A stretch of 64,000 nt of DNA from an uncultured Oscillospiraceae bacterium (GTDB lineage: Bacteria > Bacillota > Clostridia > Oscillospirales > Oscillospiraceae): NCBI GenBank assembly GCA_964630255.1, contig CAZVRP010000002.1:1774-65773 (forward strand), written 5' to 3'. Positions 9,079-18,407 of this stretch are shown here, in pieces (within the stretch, counting starts at the first letter, position 1; the number at the start of each line of letters is the position of its first letter). The translations under genes were made by a program, and so were the position numbers. The notes under the pieces are model-generated. The model was given only the letters and a program-made list of their open reading frames with translations, searched no databases and was not told where the DNA came from.

Positions 9079-10142
9079 CCTGTCACCGACTCCATAGACA
9101 GCACGATGGACACGAACAGCATAGCGCCGGCGCTTCCGATCAGCCCCAGGGCCATGCCGTAGGCCGTGCCGATGCTCCCGATGAATTTGGCCAGCCGCGT
9201 GTCCGCAAAGGGCTCCGCGATGCAGGACGCCGCCTTGAACAGCAGATAGTGCAGCCCTAGGCTCAGAAAGGGTCCCGCACACACGCACAGCACCGCCGCC
9301 AGACCAAACGCTCCCACCGCTCCCCGGAGCAGGGCCGCTCCCGCCAGATAGGTTTCCGCCGCGTCTGCCAAGACGGAGCCCACCACCGGAAGCGCCGCCG
9401 ATATGGCGGTCTTCGTGAGGCTGCCGGCTACCTTATCGGCGCTGCCGGCAATCACCCCCGTCAAGGACAGGGCCAGTGTGAACACCGTGGTCAGCGCCGT
9501 CAGAAGCGTGGTGCAGGCCCAGCCGATGAGCTTTACCGGCCCGCCCAGCGCTCCGTTGGGCAGGGCGGCGTTGGCCGTGGCCGCCGCGACATAGGCGAAG
9601 ATCATGGGCAGGATCATCTGTATGCCCACCGTCATCAGAATATCCAGAAACAGCGCCGAAGCGGTATAACGGGCCGCGCCGGCGGCACCGTGGCCACCGG
9701 CGGCGGCAGCGGCGGCGAGGCAGGGCAGCAGAGCCTTGGAAAAGTCCGACAGGTCCCCCAGCGCCGTCTGCACCTGGGCCAGGAAGGACCGCATATCTCC
9801 AGCGCAGGCGGCCATGATGGCCAGCGCGCCGCCCAAGAGCATATATTCCGGCGTCTTGCCGTCGATGCTGATGGCGGCCGCCACCGAGCACAACAGCGTC
9901 ACCGCCAGAGCCACACAGGCGCTTCTGGCCGCCTGCCCCACCTGTTGAGAAAACGTCTCCTCGCACCACTGCCACACGCGCTGCCACAGCCCATTCCCAT
10001 CCATGGCCTCCTGGACCGTGATATCGCCCATGATCTCCCGAGCCGCCTCCGGCAACGCCTGCTCCACCCCGTCGGTGTCCACGGCCAGCGCCGGCACAGA
10101 CAGCAAAAAAATCATGGCCAGAATACACGCGATCATTCTCAT
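9075..10142 (-). CDS. spoIIIAE: Stage III sporulation protein AE
   Basis: 355 aa from MRMIACILAMIFLLSVPALA (signal peptide), followed by a polytopic Gly/Ala-rich membrane domain. The start overlaps the spoIIIAD stop (ATGA). The upstream 138 codons in the track are rejected. Confidence 0.85.
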   Translation of the reverse strand: MRMIACILAMIFLLSVPALAVDTDGVEQALPEAAREIMGDITVQEAMDGNGLWQRVWQWCEETFSQQVGQAARSACVALAVTLLCSVAAAISIDGKTPEYMLLGGALAIMAACAGDMRSFLAQVQTALGDLSDFSKALLPCLAAAAAAGGHGAAGAARYTASALFLDILMTVGIQMILPMIFAYVAAATANAALPNGALGGPVKLIGWACTTLLTALTTVFTLALSLTGVIAGSADKVAGSLTKTAISAALPVVGSVLADAAETYLAGAALLRGAVGAFGLAAVLCVCAGPFLSLGLHYLLFKAASCIAEPFADTRLAKFIGSIGTAYGMALGLIGSAGAMLFVSIVLSMESVTG

Positions 10143-10525
10143 GCCATTTCCCCGATCATGTCGAGCAGCGCCCGGATGAGGGGCAGGACCGTCACCATGG
10201 CGCAGGCCGTGCCGCACAGCTCCACCGACGAGGCTATGGCCCCCTGTCCCGCGTCCTTGCACAGGTCCGCCGACAGGCGCGTCACCACCCCGATGCCCAC
10301 GCATTTGAGCACCGGGCTCACAATGGCAGAGCTCAGCCCCGTCTGCTCCCGCGCCATGTCCACGATCTCCGCCAGATCCCGGAACAGTTCCATGGCCAGC
10401 CCTGCGGCCAGCAGACTTATGGCGATGCTCAGTGCCAGCCCCAGCTCTGGCGCGGCATGCCGCAGCAGCACGGAGATCAGCGCCCCGGCCAGGCCCAGAG
10501 CGGCCGCCTGGATCAGCGCGTTCAT
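10139..10525 (-). CDS. spoIIIAD: Stage III sporulation protein AD
   Basis: 128 aa: MNALIQAAALGLAGALISVLLRHAAPELGLALSIA...KCVGIGVVTRLSADLCKDAGQGAIASSVEL. Confidence 0.85.
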   Translation of the reverse strand: MNALIQAAALGLAGALISVLLRHAAPELGLALSIAISLLAAGLAMELFRDLAEIVDMAREQTGLSSAIVSPVLKCVGIGVVTRLSADLCKDAGQGAIASSVELCGTACAMVTVLPLIRALLDMIGEMA

Positions 10526-10719
10526 CCCAGCTCAAACAGGTCCCGGATGAGATCAAACAGCCCCGCGATCCGCTGGACCAAAATGATCAGCACCACCACC
10601 AGACCCGCGATGGTCACCATCAGCGCCTGTTCATCCCGCCCGGAACGGCTCAAAAGCACGTTGAGAACCGCCACCAGTATCCCCACCGCCGCGACCCTGA
10701 AAATCAAATCTACTTCCAT
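10522..10719 (-). CDS. spoIIIAC: Stage III sporulation protein AC
   Basis: 65 aa: MEVDLIFRVAAVGILVAVLNVLLSRSGRDEQALMVTIAGLVVVL. Confidence 0.85.
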   Translation of the reverse strand: MEVDLIFRVAAVGILVAVLNVLLSRSGRDEQALMVTIAGLVVVLIILVQRIAGLFDLIRDLFELG

Positions 10720-10737
10720 ATATCCCTGTCCTCAGCC

Positions 10738-11235
10738 TCACATCAGGAGCACAGCCGCCACCGCGCCGCTGGCAGCGGAAAGGCCGATATATATCCGCCC
10801 TTTGTCCCGCACCGCCGCGCCGGCCTCGTCCCTGGCCTGTTCCATGTCCCGCAGGCAGACCGCCACCGCCCGCAGCTGCTCTTCCGTACCATACCGTCCC
10901 AATACATGGCCCAGAGGCAGCAGTATGGCCCGTTCGCGCCCCGGAAGGGGCCTCACCGCGTCATCCCATATCCCGGCAAACTCCCGCTCTCCCAGGCTCT
11001 CCAGACCTGTTTCCATACGGCGGCCCAGCGCCGCTCCGGCCCCCTCCGCCTGCTCCGCCAGCGTTTTGAACAGCGCCGGCAGCGGCGTGTGGAACCGGGC
11101 CAGCTCAAACTCCATCAGCGCCAGCATCCGGCACAGTTCCGAGCGGCGGACAGCCTGGGCCCGAAGGGCCTGCAGCGCCATCAGCCCCGCCAGGAGTCCC
11201 GCCGCCGTCAGCAGCGCCGCTCCGGTCAAACGCAT
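10738..11235 (-). CDS. spoIIIAB: Stage III sporulation protein AB
   Basis: 165 aa from the ATG at 11235 (MRLTGAALLTAAGLLAGLMAL...), overlapping the spoIIIAA stop. The longer 359-aa ORF would overlap spoIIIAA. Confidence 0.75.
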   Translation of the reverse strand: MRLTGAALLTAAGLLAGLMALQALRAQAVRRSELCRMLALMEFELARFHTPLPALFKTLAEQAEGAGAALGRRMETGLESLGEREFAGIWDDAVRPLPGRERAILLPLGHVLGRYGTEEQLRAVAVCLRDMEQARDEAGAAVRDKGRIYIGLSAASGAVAAVLLM

Positions 11236-12104
11236 GGCGCCGCCTCCACTGTATACAGCCGCTCTCCATGTCGGTTTTCCACCCACACCCGCCTCTGAAA
11301 GGCCCCGGCGTCCAAAAGCCGGCGGCACGTCCGGCTCTCCGGCTCTCCGCTCTCCCCATGTGCGGTCGCCAGCAGAAGAACGCCGCATCCCACCGCCTCC
11401 AGGAGCGCCCGGGCGTCTCCGGGCCCGGCGATCTCGTCCATGGCCACGATCTGGGGATTCATCACCCGCAAAAGCATCTCTATGCCTTCCGCCTTGGGAA
11501 TGCCTGACATCACATCCGTACAGGGCCCCACATCGAACCGGGGCTCTCCGGCATAGGCGTCCGCGATCTCCCCCCGCTCGTCTGCCACCGCCAGACGGTA
11601 GCCCGCCTCCGACAGCCGCCGTATCAGCGCCCGCAGCAAGGTCGTCTTCCCCCCGCCGGGGGTGGATACGATCAGGGTGGAGCGAAATCCGCCCTCCGTG
11701 AGCGCCTCCCATACGCCGTCGGCGCAGCCGGGCACCTCCCGGGGCACCCGCAGAGCCAAGGATGAGAAATCCCGCATCCCCTCCGGACCGCTCCGACCCA
11801 TGACAGCCGTGCCGCATACGCCCACCCGCACCCCGCCCGGGGCCGGCACGAATCCCCGGATGAGCTTATCTCCCGCCGCGTGGAGCGAGGCGCATGTGGC
11901 CGTTTCCAGCACGGAGCGCAGATCGTCCTCCGTCACACGGTCCATGCCAAGGCCGTATTCCCTGCCCCGTATGAGGGCCGTCATCCGGCGGCCCCGCCGC
12001 AGTCTCAGCTCCTCGCACGCTTCCCGCTCCTCCGCCGGCAGCCGCATCGCGGCCAGCCGAAGGGCCGGCGGCAGCAGCGCCGCAGCCGCCATATAACCGT
12101 CCAT
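11226..12104 (-). CDS. spoIIIAA: Stage III sporulation protein AA (secretion-type ATPase)
   Basis: Walker A is STPGGGKTTLLRALI. Walker B-like is IVAMDEI. It is the first gene of the operon. Confidence 0.85.
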   Translation of the reverse strand: MDGYMAAAALLPPALRLAAMRLPAEEREACEELRLRRGRRMTALIRGREYGLGMDRVTEDDLRSVLETATCASLHAAGDKLIRGFVPAPGGVRVGVCGTAVMGRSGPEGMRDFSSLALRVPREVPGCADGVWEALTEGGFRSTLIVSTPGGGKTTLLRALIRRLSEAGYRLAVADERGEIADAYAGEPRFDVGPCTDVMSGIPKAEGIEMLLRVMNPQIVAMDEIAGPGDARALLEAVGCGVLLLATAHGESGEPESRTCRRLLDAGAFQRRVWVENRHGERLYTVEAAPCV

Positions 12105-12201
12105 GGCCTCATCTCCTCACAGGACAAGTCTATTTGCCCGGGCCTCCCTTTATGCCTGCACACAGGATACCAGTATTCATAGACTATTCACACCCCATAT
12201 A

Positions 12202-12230
12202 TTGACATTGAACTTTGCTTTTGGTAACAT
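12202..12230 (+). promoter_or_regulatory. Sigma-A type promoter for the ABC exporter pair (TTGACA-17-TAACAT)
   Basis: TTGACAttgaactttgcttttggTAACAT, about 50 nt upstream of the ATG at 12282. Confidence 0.5.
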
Positions 12231-12281
12231 ATACAAATAAAGAATTTACTATGATTCTTGGAAAGGAGCAGTTCCTATCCC

Positions 12282-14027
12282 ATGCGACAAATCCTGACAG
12301 GATACTGGGACAAGTACCGCAATTCCCTGTTCCTGACCCCTATTTTTGTGCTGCTGGAAACTGTTGTTACTCTGGCTCTGCCCACCATCATGTCGAACAT
12401 CGTTGATGTGGGCGTAGCCAGCGGCGACCGGCAGTATATCATTGTTTGCGGGCTTTTGATGACCGGTCTCGCGCTGATGAGCGCCGTGTCGGGCTATTTC
12501 AGCACATGGCACGCCTCCCGGGCCTCCAACGGCTTCGGCTCCAATCTGCGGGTGGCCATGTATCACCACATCCAGGAGTTTTCCTTCGCGGACATCGACC
12601 GATTCTCCACCGCCAGTCTCATCACCCGCACCACCAGTGATGTGCGGCAGCTGCAAATGGCCGTGCAGCAGATGCTCCGCACCTTCATCCAAGCGCCGTT
12701 CCAGCTTCTGGTGGCGCTGGTCATCGTGTTTACCTACAGCTGGAAGCTGGCGCTCATCTATCTGGTGGCGGTGCCCGTCCTGTTTATCGGCGTCATCTCC
12801 GTCATGACCTTCGTGGATAAGATGTTCCTCATCGTCCAGCAGAAGCTGGACGCCATGAACGCCGATATCCAGGAGAACCTCATCGCCATCCGGGTGGTGA
12901 AGGCGTTCGTGCGCCAGCACTACGAGCGGCAAAAATTCAAAAAGACCAACGATGACCTGACCCGGGCCAACCTGAAGGCCGTGGGCATCATCATCGTCAT
13001 GAGTCCTCTCGCCACCATCATCCTGAACGCCGTGACCCTGTGCCTATACTGGTTCGGCGGGCGCATGGTGGCCACGGGCGAACTCCAGTCCGGCCAGCTT
13101 CTGGCCGTCATCAGCTACCTCACCCAGATCATGATGAGCGTCATGATGTTCTGCATGGTGCTGATGCAGTACACCCGCAGCCGGGCCTGCGGCAAGCGTA
13201 TCGCCGAGGTCTTGAACACCGTGCCCGACATCCAGAACAAGCCGGACGCAAAGCCGCGCACCATTGCCAGGGACCACGGAATGGTAGAGTTTCGGGACGT
13301 TTCCTTCCGCTACTCCAAGGCCGGCGCGGGCGAGGACGTGCTGAAAAACATATCCTTCACCGCCAGGCCCGGCCAGACGGTGGCCATCGTTGGCGGCACA
13401 GGCTCCGGCAAGTCCAGCCTTGTCAACCTGATCCCTCGGTTTTACGATGTGACCGGGGGCGCGGTGCTGGTGGACGGCATCGATGTGCGGGATTACCGCA
13501 TAGAGGACCTGCGCACCGGCGTGGGCATGGTTCTGCAAAACAATATCCTGTTCACCGGCACCATCCGGGAGAACATCGCCTGGGGCAAGGCGGACGCCAC
13601 TGACGAGGAGATCATCGCCGCTCTGAAAAGCGCCCAGGCATGGGATTTCGTCTCCGAAATGCCCCAGGGCCTCAACACCTATATCCACCAGGGCGGCACC
13701 AACGTATCCGGCGGCCAGAAGCAGCGGCTGTGCATCGCCCGGGCCATGCTCAAGCATCCCGCCATTCTCATCCTGGACGACAGCACCAGCGCCGTGGACT
13801 CCGACACCGAAGGCCGCATCCGGGACAGCTTCTCCCGGGATCTGGCGGACACCACCGTGTTCATCATCGCTCAGCGCATATCCTCCGTGGTAACGGCAGA
13901 CATGATAATCGTCCTGGACGAGGGGCGCATCGAAGCCACCGGCACCCATGAGGAGCTGATGCGCACCAGTCCGATCTACAAGGAAATCTTTACATCTCAG
14001 GTAAAGGAGGCGCTGGCCGATGGCTGA
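12282..14027 (+). CDS. ABC exporter permease/ATPase, degenerate-site half (LmrC/BmrC/TM287-like)
   Basis: The ATG at 12282 follows GGAAAGGAG. It has a six-TM domain and an NBD: Walker A GGTGSGKSS, signature VSGGQ, Walker B ILILDDSTSAVD (Asp replaces the catalytic Glu), and H-loop IIAQR. Confidence 0.9.
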   Translation: MRQILTGYWDKYRNSLFLTPIFVLLETVVTLALPTIMSNIVDVGVASGDRQYIIVCGLLMTGLALMSAVSGYFSTWHASRASNGFGSNLRVAMYHHIQEFSFADIDRFSTASLITRTTSDVRQLQMAVQQMLRTFIQAPFQLLVALVIVFTYSWKLALIYLVAVPVLFIGVISVMTFVDKMFLIVQQKLDAMNADIQENLIAIRVVKAFVRQHYERQKFKKTNDDLTRANLKAVGIIIVMSPLATIILNAVTLCLYWFGGRMVATGELQSGQLLAVISYLTQIMMSVMMFCMVLMQYTRSRACGKRIAEVLNTVPDIQNKPDAKPRTIARDHGMVEFRDVSFRYSKAGAGEDVLKNISFTARPGQTVAIVGGTGSGKSSLVNLIPRFYDVTGGAVLVDGIDVRDYRIEDLRTGVGMVLQNNILFTGTIRENIAWGKADATDEEIIAALKSAQAWDFVSEMPQGLNTYIHQGGTNVSGGQKQRLCIARAMLKHPAILILDDSTSAVDSDTEGRIRDSFSRDLADTTVFIIAQRISSVVTADMIIVLDEGRIEATGTHEELMRTSPIYKEIFTSQVKEALADG

Positions 14028-16011
14028 AAAACAGAGCGTATTCTCCCAGCTGAAAGCCCGGCTGGCTGTGGACAACGTCGATGTAAACGACGAAAACATC
14101 TACAAGAACATCGCCCGGGGCCCCGGCCCCGGCGGCGGAAAAGATTTCCGCAAGCCAAAGGACACCAAGGGAACCTTGCTGCGCATTCTGAGTTATGCCG
14201 GCAAGAGCAAAAAGCTCATCATCCTCGTCGTTTTGATGATGCTCATCTCCACAGGCTGCACCCTGGTGGCCAGCTATTTCCTGCGGCCCCTTATAGACGA
14301 TTACATCGTCCCCCTCATCACCCAGCCGGAAAAGGATTTTCTCCCGCTGCTGAGACAGCTTGGTATCCTGGCGTGCATCTACCTGGCCAGCGCCATCGCC
14401 ACCTATTTCACCTCCCGCAGCTGCATGCAGCTGGCCCAGTGGTCCACCAACGCCATCCGCCAGGATCTGTTTTCCGCGCTGCAGGACCTTCCCATCACCT
14501 ACTACGACCAGCACCCACACGGAGAACTGATGAGCCGCTTCACCAACGACGCGGACAACGTGCAGATGTGCCTGGAGCAGGGCATCGTTCAGTTCCTGTC
14601 CGGCATCATCACCTTTGTGGGCACAGTGGTGCTGATGGTGGTGCTCAGCTGGAAGCTGTTCATCATCACCGTCATCACCATCGTCCTCTCTGTTCTTCTG
14701 GTGAAGGGGGTCGGAAAATACTCCAAGATACTCTTCAAAAAGCAGCAGTCTTCCCTGGGCGTCATGAACGGCTATATCGAGGAGCTGCTTGACGGCCTGA
14801 AGGTCGTCAAGGCCTTCAGCTATGAGGAGCGGAGCAAGGCAGAGTTCGGCGAGCTGAACGACGAGTACCGGGAAAACGCCATCTTCGCAAACTTCCTGGG
14901 CGCCATCATCTTTCCCACAATGAACGCCGTCATGAACGTCTGTTATGCCGTCACCGCGGTCCTGGGCGGCTTCATGACCGTCATGGGCAGCTTCACCATC
15001 GGTTCTCTGGGCGTATACCTCAACTACATCCGCCAGGTGACCATGCCCATCAATATGATGAGCAACCAGGCCATCAACCTGTTCTCGGCCATCGCCGGCG
15101 CGGAGCGCATTTTCGCCGTCATCGACCATGAGCCGGAGCCGGACGACGGCACCGTCACTCTGGTCACCGTCAACCGGAGCGGGGACGGCGTCCTCACCGA
15201 GACCGGCCACGGCGAACGCACAGGCCTCTGGGCCTGGAAGATCCCCCAGGCCGACGGTTCCTTCGAATTCAGAGAGGTCATGGGCAATGTGCGGCTGGAG
15301 GACGTGCGGTTTTCCTATGTGCCGGATAAGCCGGTGCTCAAGGGCGTCACCGTATGGGCAAAGCCCGGCCAGAAGATCGCGTTCGTTGGCTCCACCGGCG
15401 CTGGCAAGACCACCGTCACCAACCTCATCAACCGCTTTTATGAGATCGACAGCGGCCGCATCCTTTTCGATGGCATCGATGTGAAGGATATCAAAAAGGC
15501 CGGTCTGCGCCGGAGCATGGGTATCGTGCTCCAGGACACCAACCTGTTCACCGGCACCGTCATGGACAACATCCGCTACGGCAAGCTGGACGCCACCGAC
15601 GATGAGTGCATCCAGGCGGCCAAGGCCGCCAACGCCCACGGTTTTATCAGCCGCCTGCCTGACGGCTACAACACCATGATAAGCGGCAACGGTCAAAACC
15701 TGTCCCAGGGCCAGCGCCAGCTTCTGGCCATCGCCCGCACCGCCGTGGCCCGCCATCCGGTGCTGATCCTGGACGAGGCCACCAGCTCCATCGATACCCG
15801 CACGGAAAAGCTCATCGACCGGGGCATGGACGCTCTGATGGAGGGCCGCACCGTGTTCGTCATCGCCCACCGCCTGTCCACCGTCCGCAACGCCCAGGCC
15901 ATCGTGGTCATTGAGCATGGCGAGATCGTGGAGCGGGGCAGCCACGACGAGCTTCTGGAGCGGCAAGGCCGGTATTATATGCTCTACACCGGCCAGAGTG
16001 AGCTGGATTGA
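14020..16011 (+). CDS. ABC exporter permease/ATPase, consensus-site half (LmrD/BmrD/TM288-like)
   Basis: Overlaps the upstream gene by 8 nt. Walker A is GSTGAGKTT, the signature is degenerate (LSQGQ), Walker B is LILDEATSSID, and the H-loop is IAHRLS. Confidence 0.9.
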   Translation: MAEKQSVFSQLKARLAVDNVDVNDENIYKNIARGPGPGGGKDFRKPKDTKGTLLRILSYAGKSKKLIILVVLMMLISTGCTLVASYFLRPLIDDYIVPLITQPEKDFLPLLRQLGILACIYLASAIATYFTSRSCMQLAQWSTNAIRQDLFSALQDLPITYYDQHPHGELMSRFTNDADNVQMCLEQGIVQFLSGIITFVGTVVLMVVLSWKLFIITVITIVLSVLLVKGVGKYSKILFKKQQSSLGVMNGYIEELLDGLKVVKAFSYEERSKAEFGELNDEYRENAIFANFLGAIIFPTMNAVMNVCYAVTAVLGGFMTVMGSFTIGSLGVYLNYIRQVTMPINMMSNQAINLFSAIAGAERIFAVIDHEPEPDDGTVTLVTVNRSGDGVLTETGHGERTGLWAWKIPQADGSFEFREVMGNVRLEDVRFSYVPDKPVLKGVTVWAKPGQKIAFVGSTGAGKTTVTNLINRFYEIDSGRILFDGIDVKDIKKAGLRRSMGIVLQDTNLFTGTVMDNIRYGKLDATDDECIQAAKAANAHGFISRLPDGYNTMISGNGQNLSQGQRQLLAIARTAVARHPVLILDEATSSIDTRTEKLIDRGMDALMEGRTVFVIAHRLSTVRNAQAIVVIEHGEIVERGSHDELLERQGRYYMLYTGQSELD

Positions 16012-16106
16012 TGCTTTGAACATTTGTGCCGCACGACCCACCGTATTGTACCAGGCACTCAGCCCGGTCACCGAGCGCGGCAACAGGACCGAAAGGCGGT
16101 GTAACG

Positions 16107-16661
16107 TTGGACAGCTGGGAAAAACTCAAGGCCGACTGCGGCGGCTGCCAAAACTGTGAACTGGGCAGGACCCGGCATAACCTTGTGTTTGGCGTGGGCA
16201 ATGAACACGCCGACGTGATGTTCATCGGCGAGGGTCCCGGCGAACAGGAGGACCTGCGGGGGGAACCCTTCGTGGGACCTGCGGGGCAGCTTTTGGACAC
16301 CATGCTGGCAATCATCGATCTGGACCGGACAAAGGTGTATATCGCCAACATCGTCAAGTGCCGGCCGCCCAGAAACCGGGACCCGCTGCCGGATGAGCAG
16401 TCCGCCTGTATCGGCTGGCTCCACCGGCAGATCGCCCTGGTCGACCCAAAGATCATGGTCTTTCTGGGGCGCATCGCCGCCATGGCATTTATCAAGCCGG
16501 ACTTTCGCATCACCCGGGAGCACGGGCAATGGTTCGATGTAGCCGGCCGCCGGGCCATAGCCATGTACCACCCCTCCGCCCTGCTCCGGGACCCCTCCAA
16601 GCGACCGGAGACCTTTGTAGACCTAAAGATATTGCAGCAGGAGATCAAAAAAACCTTATGA
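16107..16661 (+). CDS. Family 4 uracil-DNA glycosylase
   Basis: CGGCQNCELGRTRHNLVFGVGNEHADVMFIGEGPGEQEDLRGEPFVGPAGQLL...KCRPP...HPSALLR. The start is uncertain: TTG at 16107 after GAAAGG, or GTG at 16026. Confidence 0.8.
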   Translation: MDSWEKLKADCGGCQNCELGRTRHNLVFGVGNEHADVMFIGEGPGEQEDLRGEPFVGPAGQLLDTMLAIIDLDRTKVYIANIVKCRPPRNRDPLPDEQSACIGWLHRQIALVDPKIMVFLGRIAAMAFIKPDFRITREHGQWFDVAGRRAIAMYHPSALLRDPSKRPETFVDLKILQQEIKKTL

Positions 16662-17560
16662 TTGACTTACACCCCATCTCTCTGACCGACAAGTCCTGGA
16701 TTGATGCCTGTGTCCTGGCAGAAAATTCCCCCAGCGCGGATTATAATTTCGGCAACATGTTCCTCTGGGATGAAACCTTCCACCAGCAGGTAGGCCGGCT
16801 GAACGGCCGTATGATCGTGCTCCCCTGCTATGAGGACGATCCTTTTTTCTCCTGGCCTGTCGGCTCCGGCGAGCTTCTGCCGGTCCTGGAGGAGATGCGC
16901 GCCTATGCCGGAACCCACGGTTTCCCTTTTGTCCTCCGGGGCGTGACGGCGGATCATCTTCCCATGGCGTGGGAGCTGTGGGGAGACACATGTACCGTCA
17001 TGGAAGAGCGGAACCTGTGGGACTATCTCTATGCCGCGGAAAAGCTGGACACGCTCTCCGGAAAGCATCTGCACGGAAAGCGCAACCATATCAACCGCTT
17101 TGAGGCGGAAAACGACTGGCATTTCGCTCCTTTGACCCAGGCGGATTTTCCCGCCTGCCGGGTCATGCTGGACGAGTGGATGGACTCCTGCGGCGAGGAT
17201 GAACGCGACGGCATCGACGATGAGTACCGGGCTATACGCCGGGCCTTTGAGCACTACGAGGACCTAGGCCTGGACGGCGGCGCATTGTGGGTTGGCGACC
17301 GGCCCGTGGCTTTTACCATGGGGGAGGTCATCAGCTCCGACACCTTTGACACCCACTTTGAAAAAGCGTATGCGGACATCAACGGCGCATACACTATGAT
17401 AAACCGGGAGTTTGTCCGCTACATCCGGCGCAAATATCCAAGCGTCCAATGGATAAACCGGGAGGATGACACCGGCCGGCTCAGCCTCCGCCAATCCAAG
17501 CTCAGCTACCATCCGGACCGGATGGTTGAAAAATACAAGTTGGTGTTTGACAATGTCTGA
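16658..17560 (+). CDS. DUF2156 (MprF C-terminal, lysyl-PG-synthase-like) domain protein
   Basis: The ATG overlaps the UDG stop (ATGA). Motifs typical of DUF2156: DYLYAAEKLDTLSGKHLHGKRNHINRF, FEKAYADINGAYTMINREF, NREDDTGRLSLRQSKLSYHP. Confidence 0.75.
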   Translation: MIDLHPISLTDKSWIDACVLAENSPSADYNFGNMFLWDETFHQQVGRLNGRMIVLPCYEDDPFFSWPVGSGELLPVLEEMRAYAGTHGFPFVLRGVTADHLPMAWELWGDTCTVMEERNLWDYLYAAEKLDTLSGKHLHGKRNHINRFEAENDWHFAPLTQADFPACRVMLDEWMDSCGEDERDGIDDEYRAIRRAFEHYEDLGLDGGALWVGDRPVAFTMGEVISSDTFDTHFEKAYADINGAYTMINREFVRYIRRKYPSVQWINREDDTGRLSLRQSKLSYHPDRMVEKYKLVFDNV

Positions 17561-18407
17561 TCATATTCTGCGCCCATGGAAAGCGGATGATATCCCCCAG
17601 CTCACAGACCTGTGGCGCCTGGCCTTTGGGGATGACGAGGAGTATATCAATACCTTCCGGGAAATTTTTTTGAAAAGCGGCGGCTGCATCGTTGCCGAGG
17701 CGGACGGGAAGGTAGTCTCCGCCATGTATATCCTGGACGGTCCCACCCTGTACCCCTTCCGGCAGGAAAAGCTCTCCACCGCCTATACCTACGCCCTGGC
17801 GACCCTGCCTGAATACCGGGGCCGCGGCATCGGCACGGCAGTATACAAGGCGTGCGTCGCCGCCGCCCTGGAGCGGGCGGACGCCGCCTGCGTCCTGCCG
17901 GCGGAAAAAGAGCTCTCCCACTTCTATGAGACCGCCTCCGGCAGTACGCCTATCAGCTATGTGCGCCAGGCCCGCTTCATCCGGGAGGAGCTGCGGGTGA
18001 CCGGACGGTGTATGACAGCCCGCATCACCGCTGCGGAGTACGCCCGCTACCGGGACATGGCCCTGGGCGGTATGCCCTACGCCTCCCTGCCGGACAGCTT
18101 TCTTGACCTGGAGGAATATTACACGGAAAAGACCGGCGGAGGGTTCTTCCTCACCGCAGAGGGCGTGGCCGCCGTGGAGATGGATGGCAACATCTGCCAT
18201 GTCAAGGAGCTTCTTACCCCCGGCGGGGACGGCATGGCCTCCCTGGCAGGCGTGGCGGCCTTCTGCCCGGCCCGGGAATACATCGTCCGCTCCCCCGCTT
18301 TCCTGCGCGGCCCCGGCGAGGTACAGCCCTTCATGCTGGCGGCTCTGAAAAAGCCCGCCGCCTATCCCTTGCCGACCGATCTCTGGTGGGGGGTCGCTTT
18401 CGATTGA
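17553..18407 (+). CDS. GNAT N-acetyltransferase with a C-terminal extra domain
   Basis: The ATG at 17553 overlaps the DUF2156 gene end. The acetyl-CoA motif is LATLPEYRGRGIGTAVYKA. About 130 aa of additional C-terminal domain follow. Confidence 0.75.
   Translation: MSDHILRPWKADDIPQLTDLWRLAFGDDEEYINTFREIFLKSGGCIVAEADGKVVSAMYILDGPTLYPFRQEKLSTAYTYALATLPEYRGRGIGTAVYKACVAAALERADAACVLPAEKELSHFYETASGSTPISYVRQARFIREELRVTGRCMTARITAAEYARYRDMALGGMPYASLPDSFLDLEEYYTEKTGGGFFLTAEGVAAVEMDGNICHVKELLTPGGDGMASLAGVAAFCPAREYIVRSPAFLRGPGEVQPFMLAALKKPAAYPLPTDLWWGVAFD

Noticed and set aside
10143-10556. N-terminal extensions offered by the ORF track for spoIIIAE, and similarly for spoIIIAB to 11817, spoIIIAF to 9288, nadK to 1605, tlyA to 2506, dxs to 4301, alr to 42198, licA-like to 25822, DUF3842 to 36925 and the kinase to 36608.
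   Set aside because: - The extensions overlap the upstream gene or AT-rich leader and have Arg/Gly-rich nonsense composition.
- Internal ATG, GTG or TTG starts with Shine-Dalgarno sequences, or ATGA-type coupling to the upstream stop, reproduce the canonical family N-termini.
12105-12201. A sigma-E type promoter upstream of spoIIIAA.
   Set aside because: One is expected biologically. The best candidate (AATATA...CTATGAATAC) matches the ATA-N16-18-CATACA-T consensus only loosely, so I make no confident call.
13990-16083. Long antisense ORFs: 13990-16083 (-), 18918-20993 (-), 45437-47791 (-), 2238-4136 (+), 25944-27446 (+), 27545-29227 (+), 36132-38093 (+) and many shorter ones.
   Set aside because: Each lies opposite a gene with strong family motifs. 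All have low-complexity Arg/Gly/His/Pro-rich translations. They are typical shadow ORFs of a high-GC coding strand.
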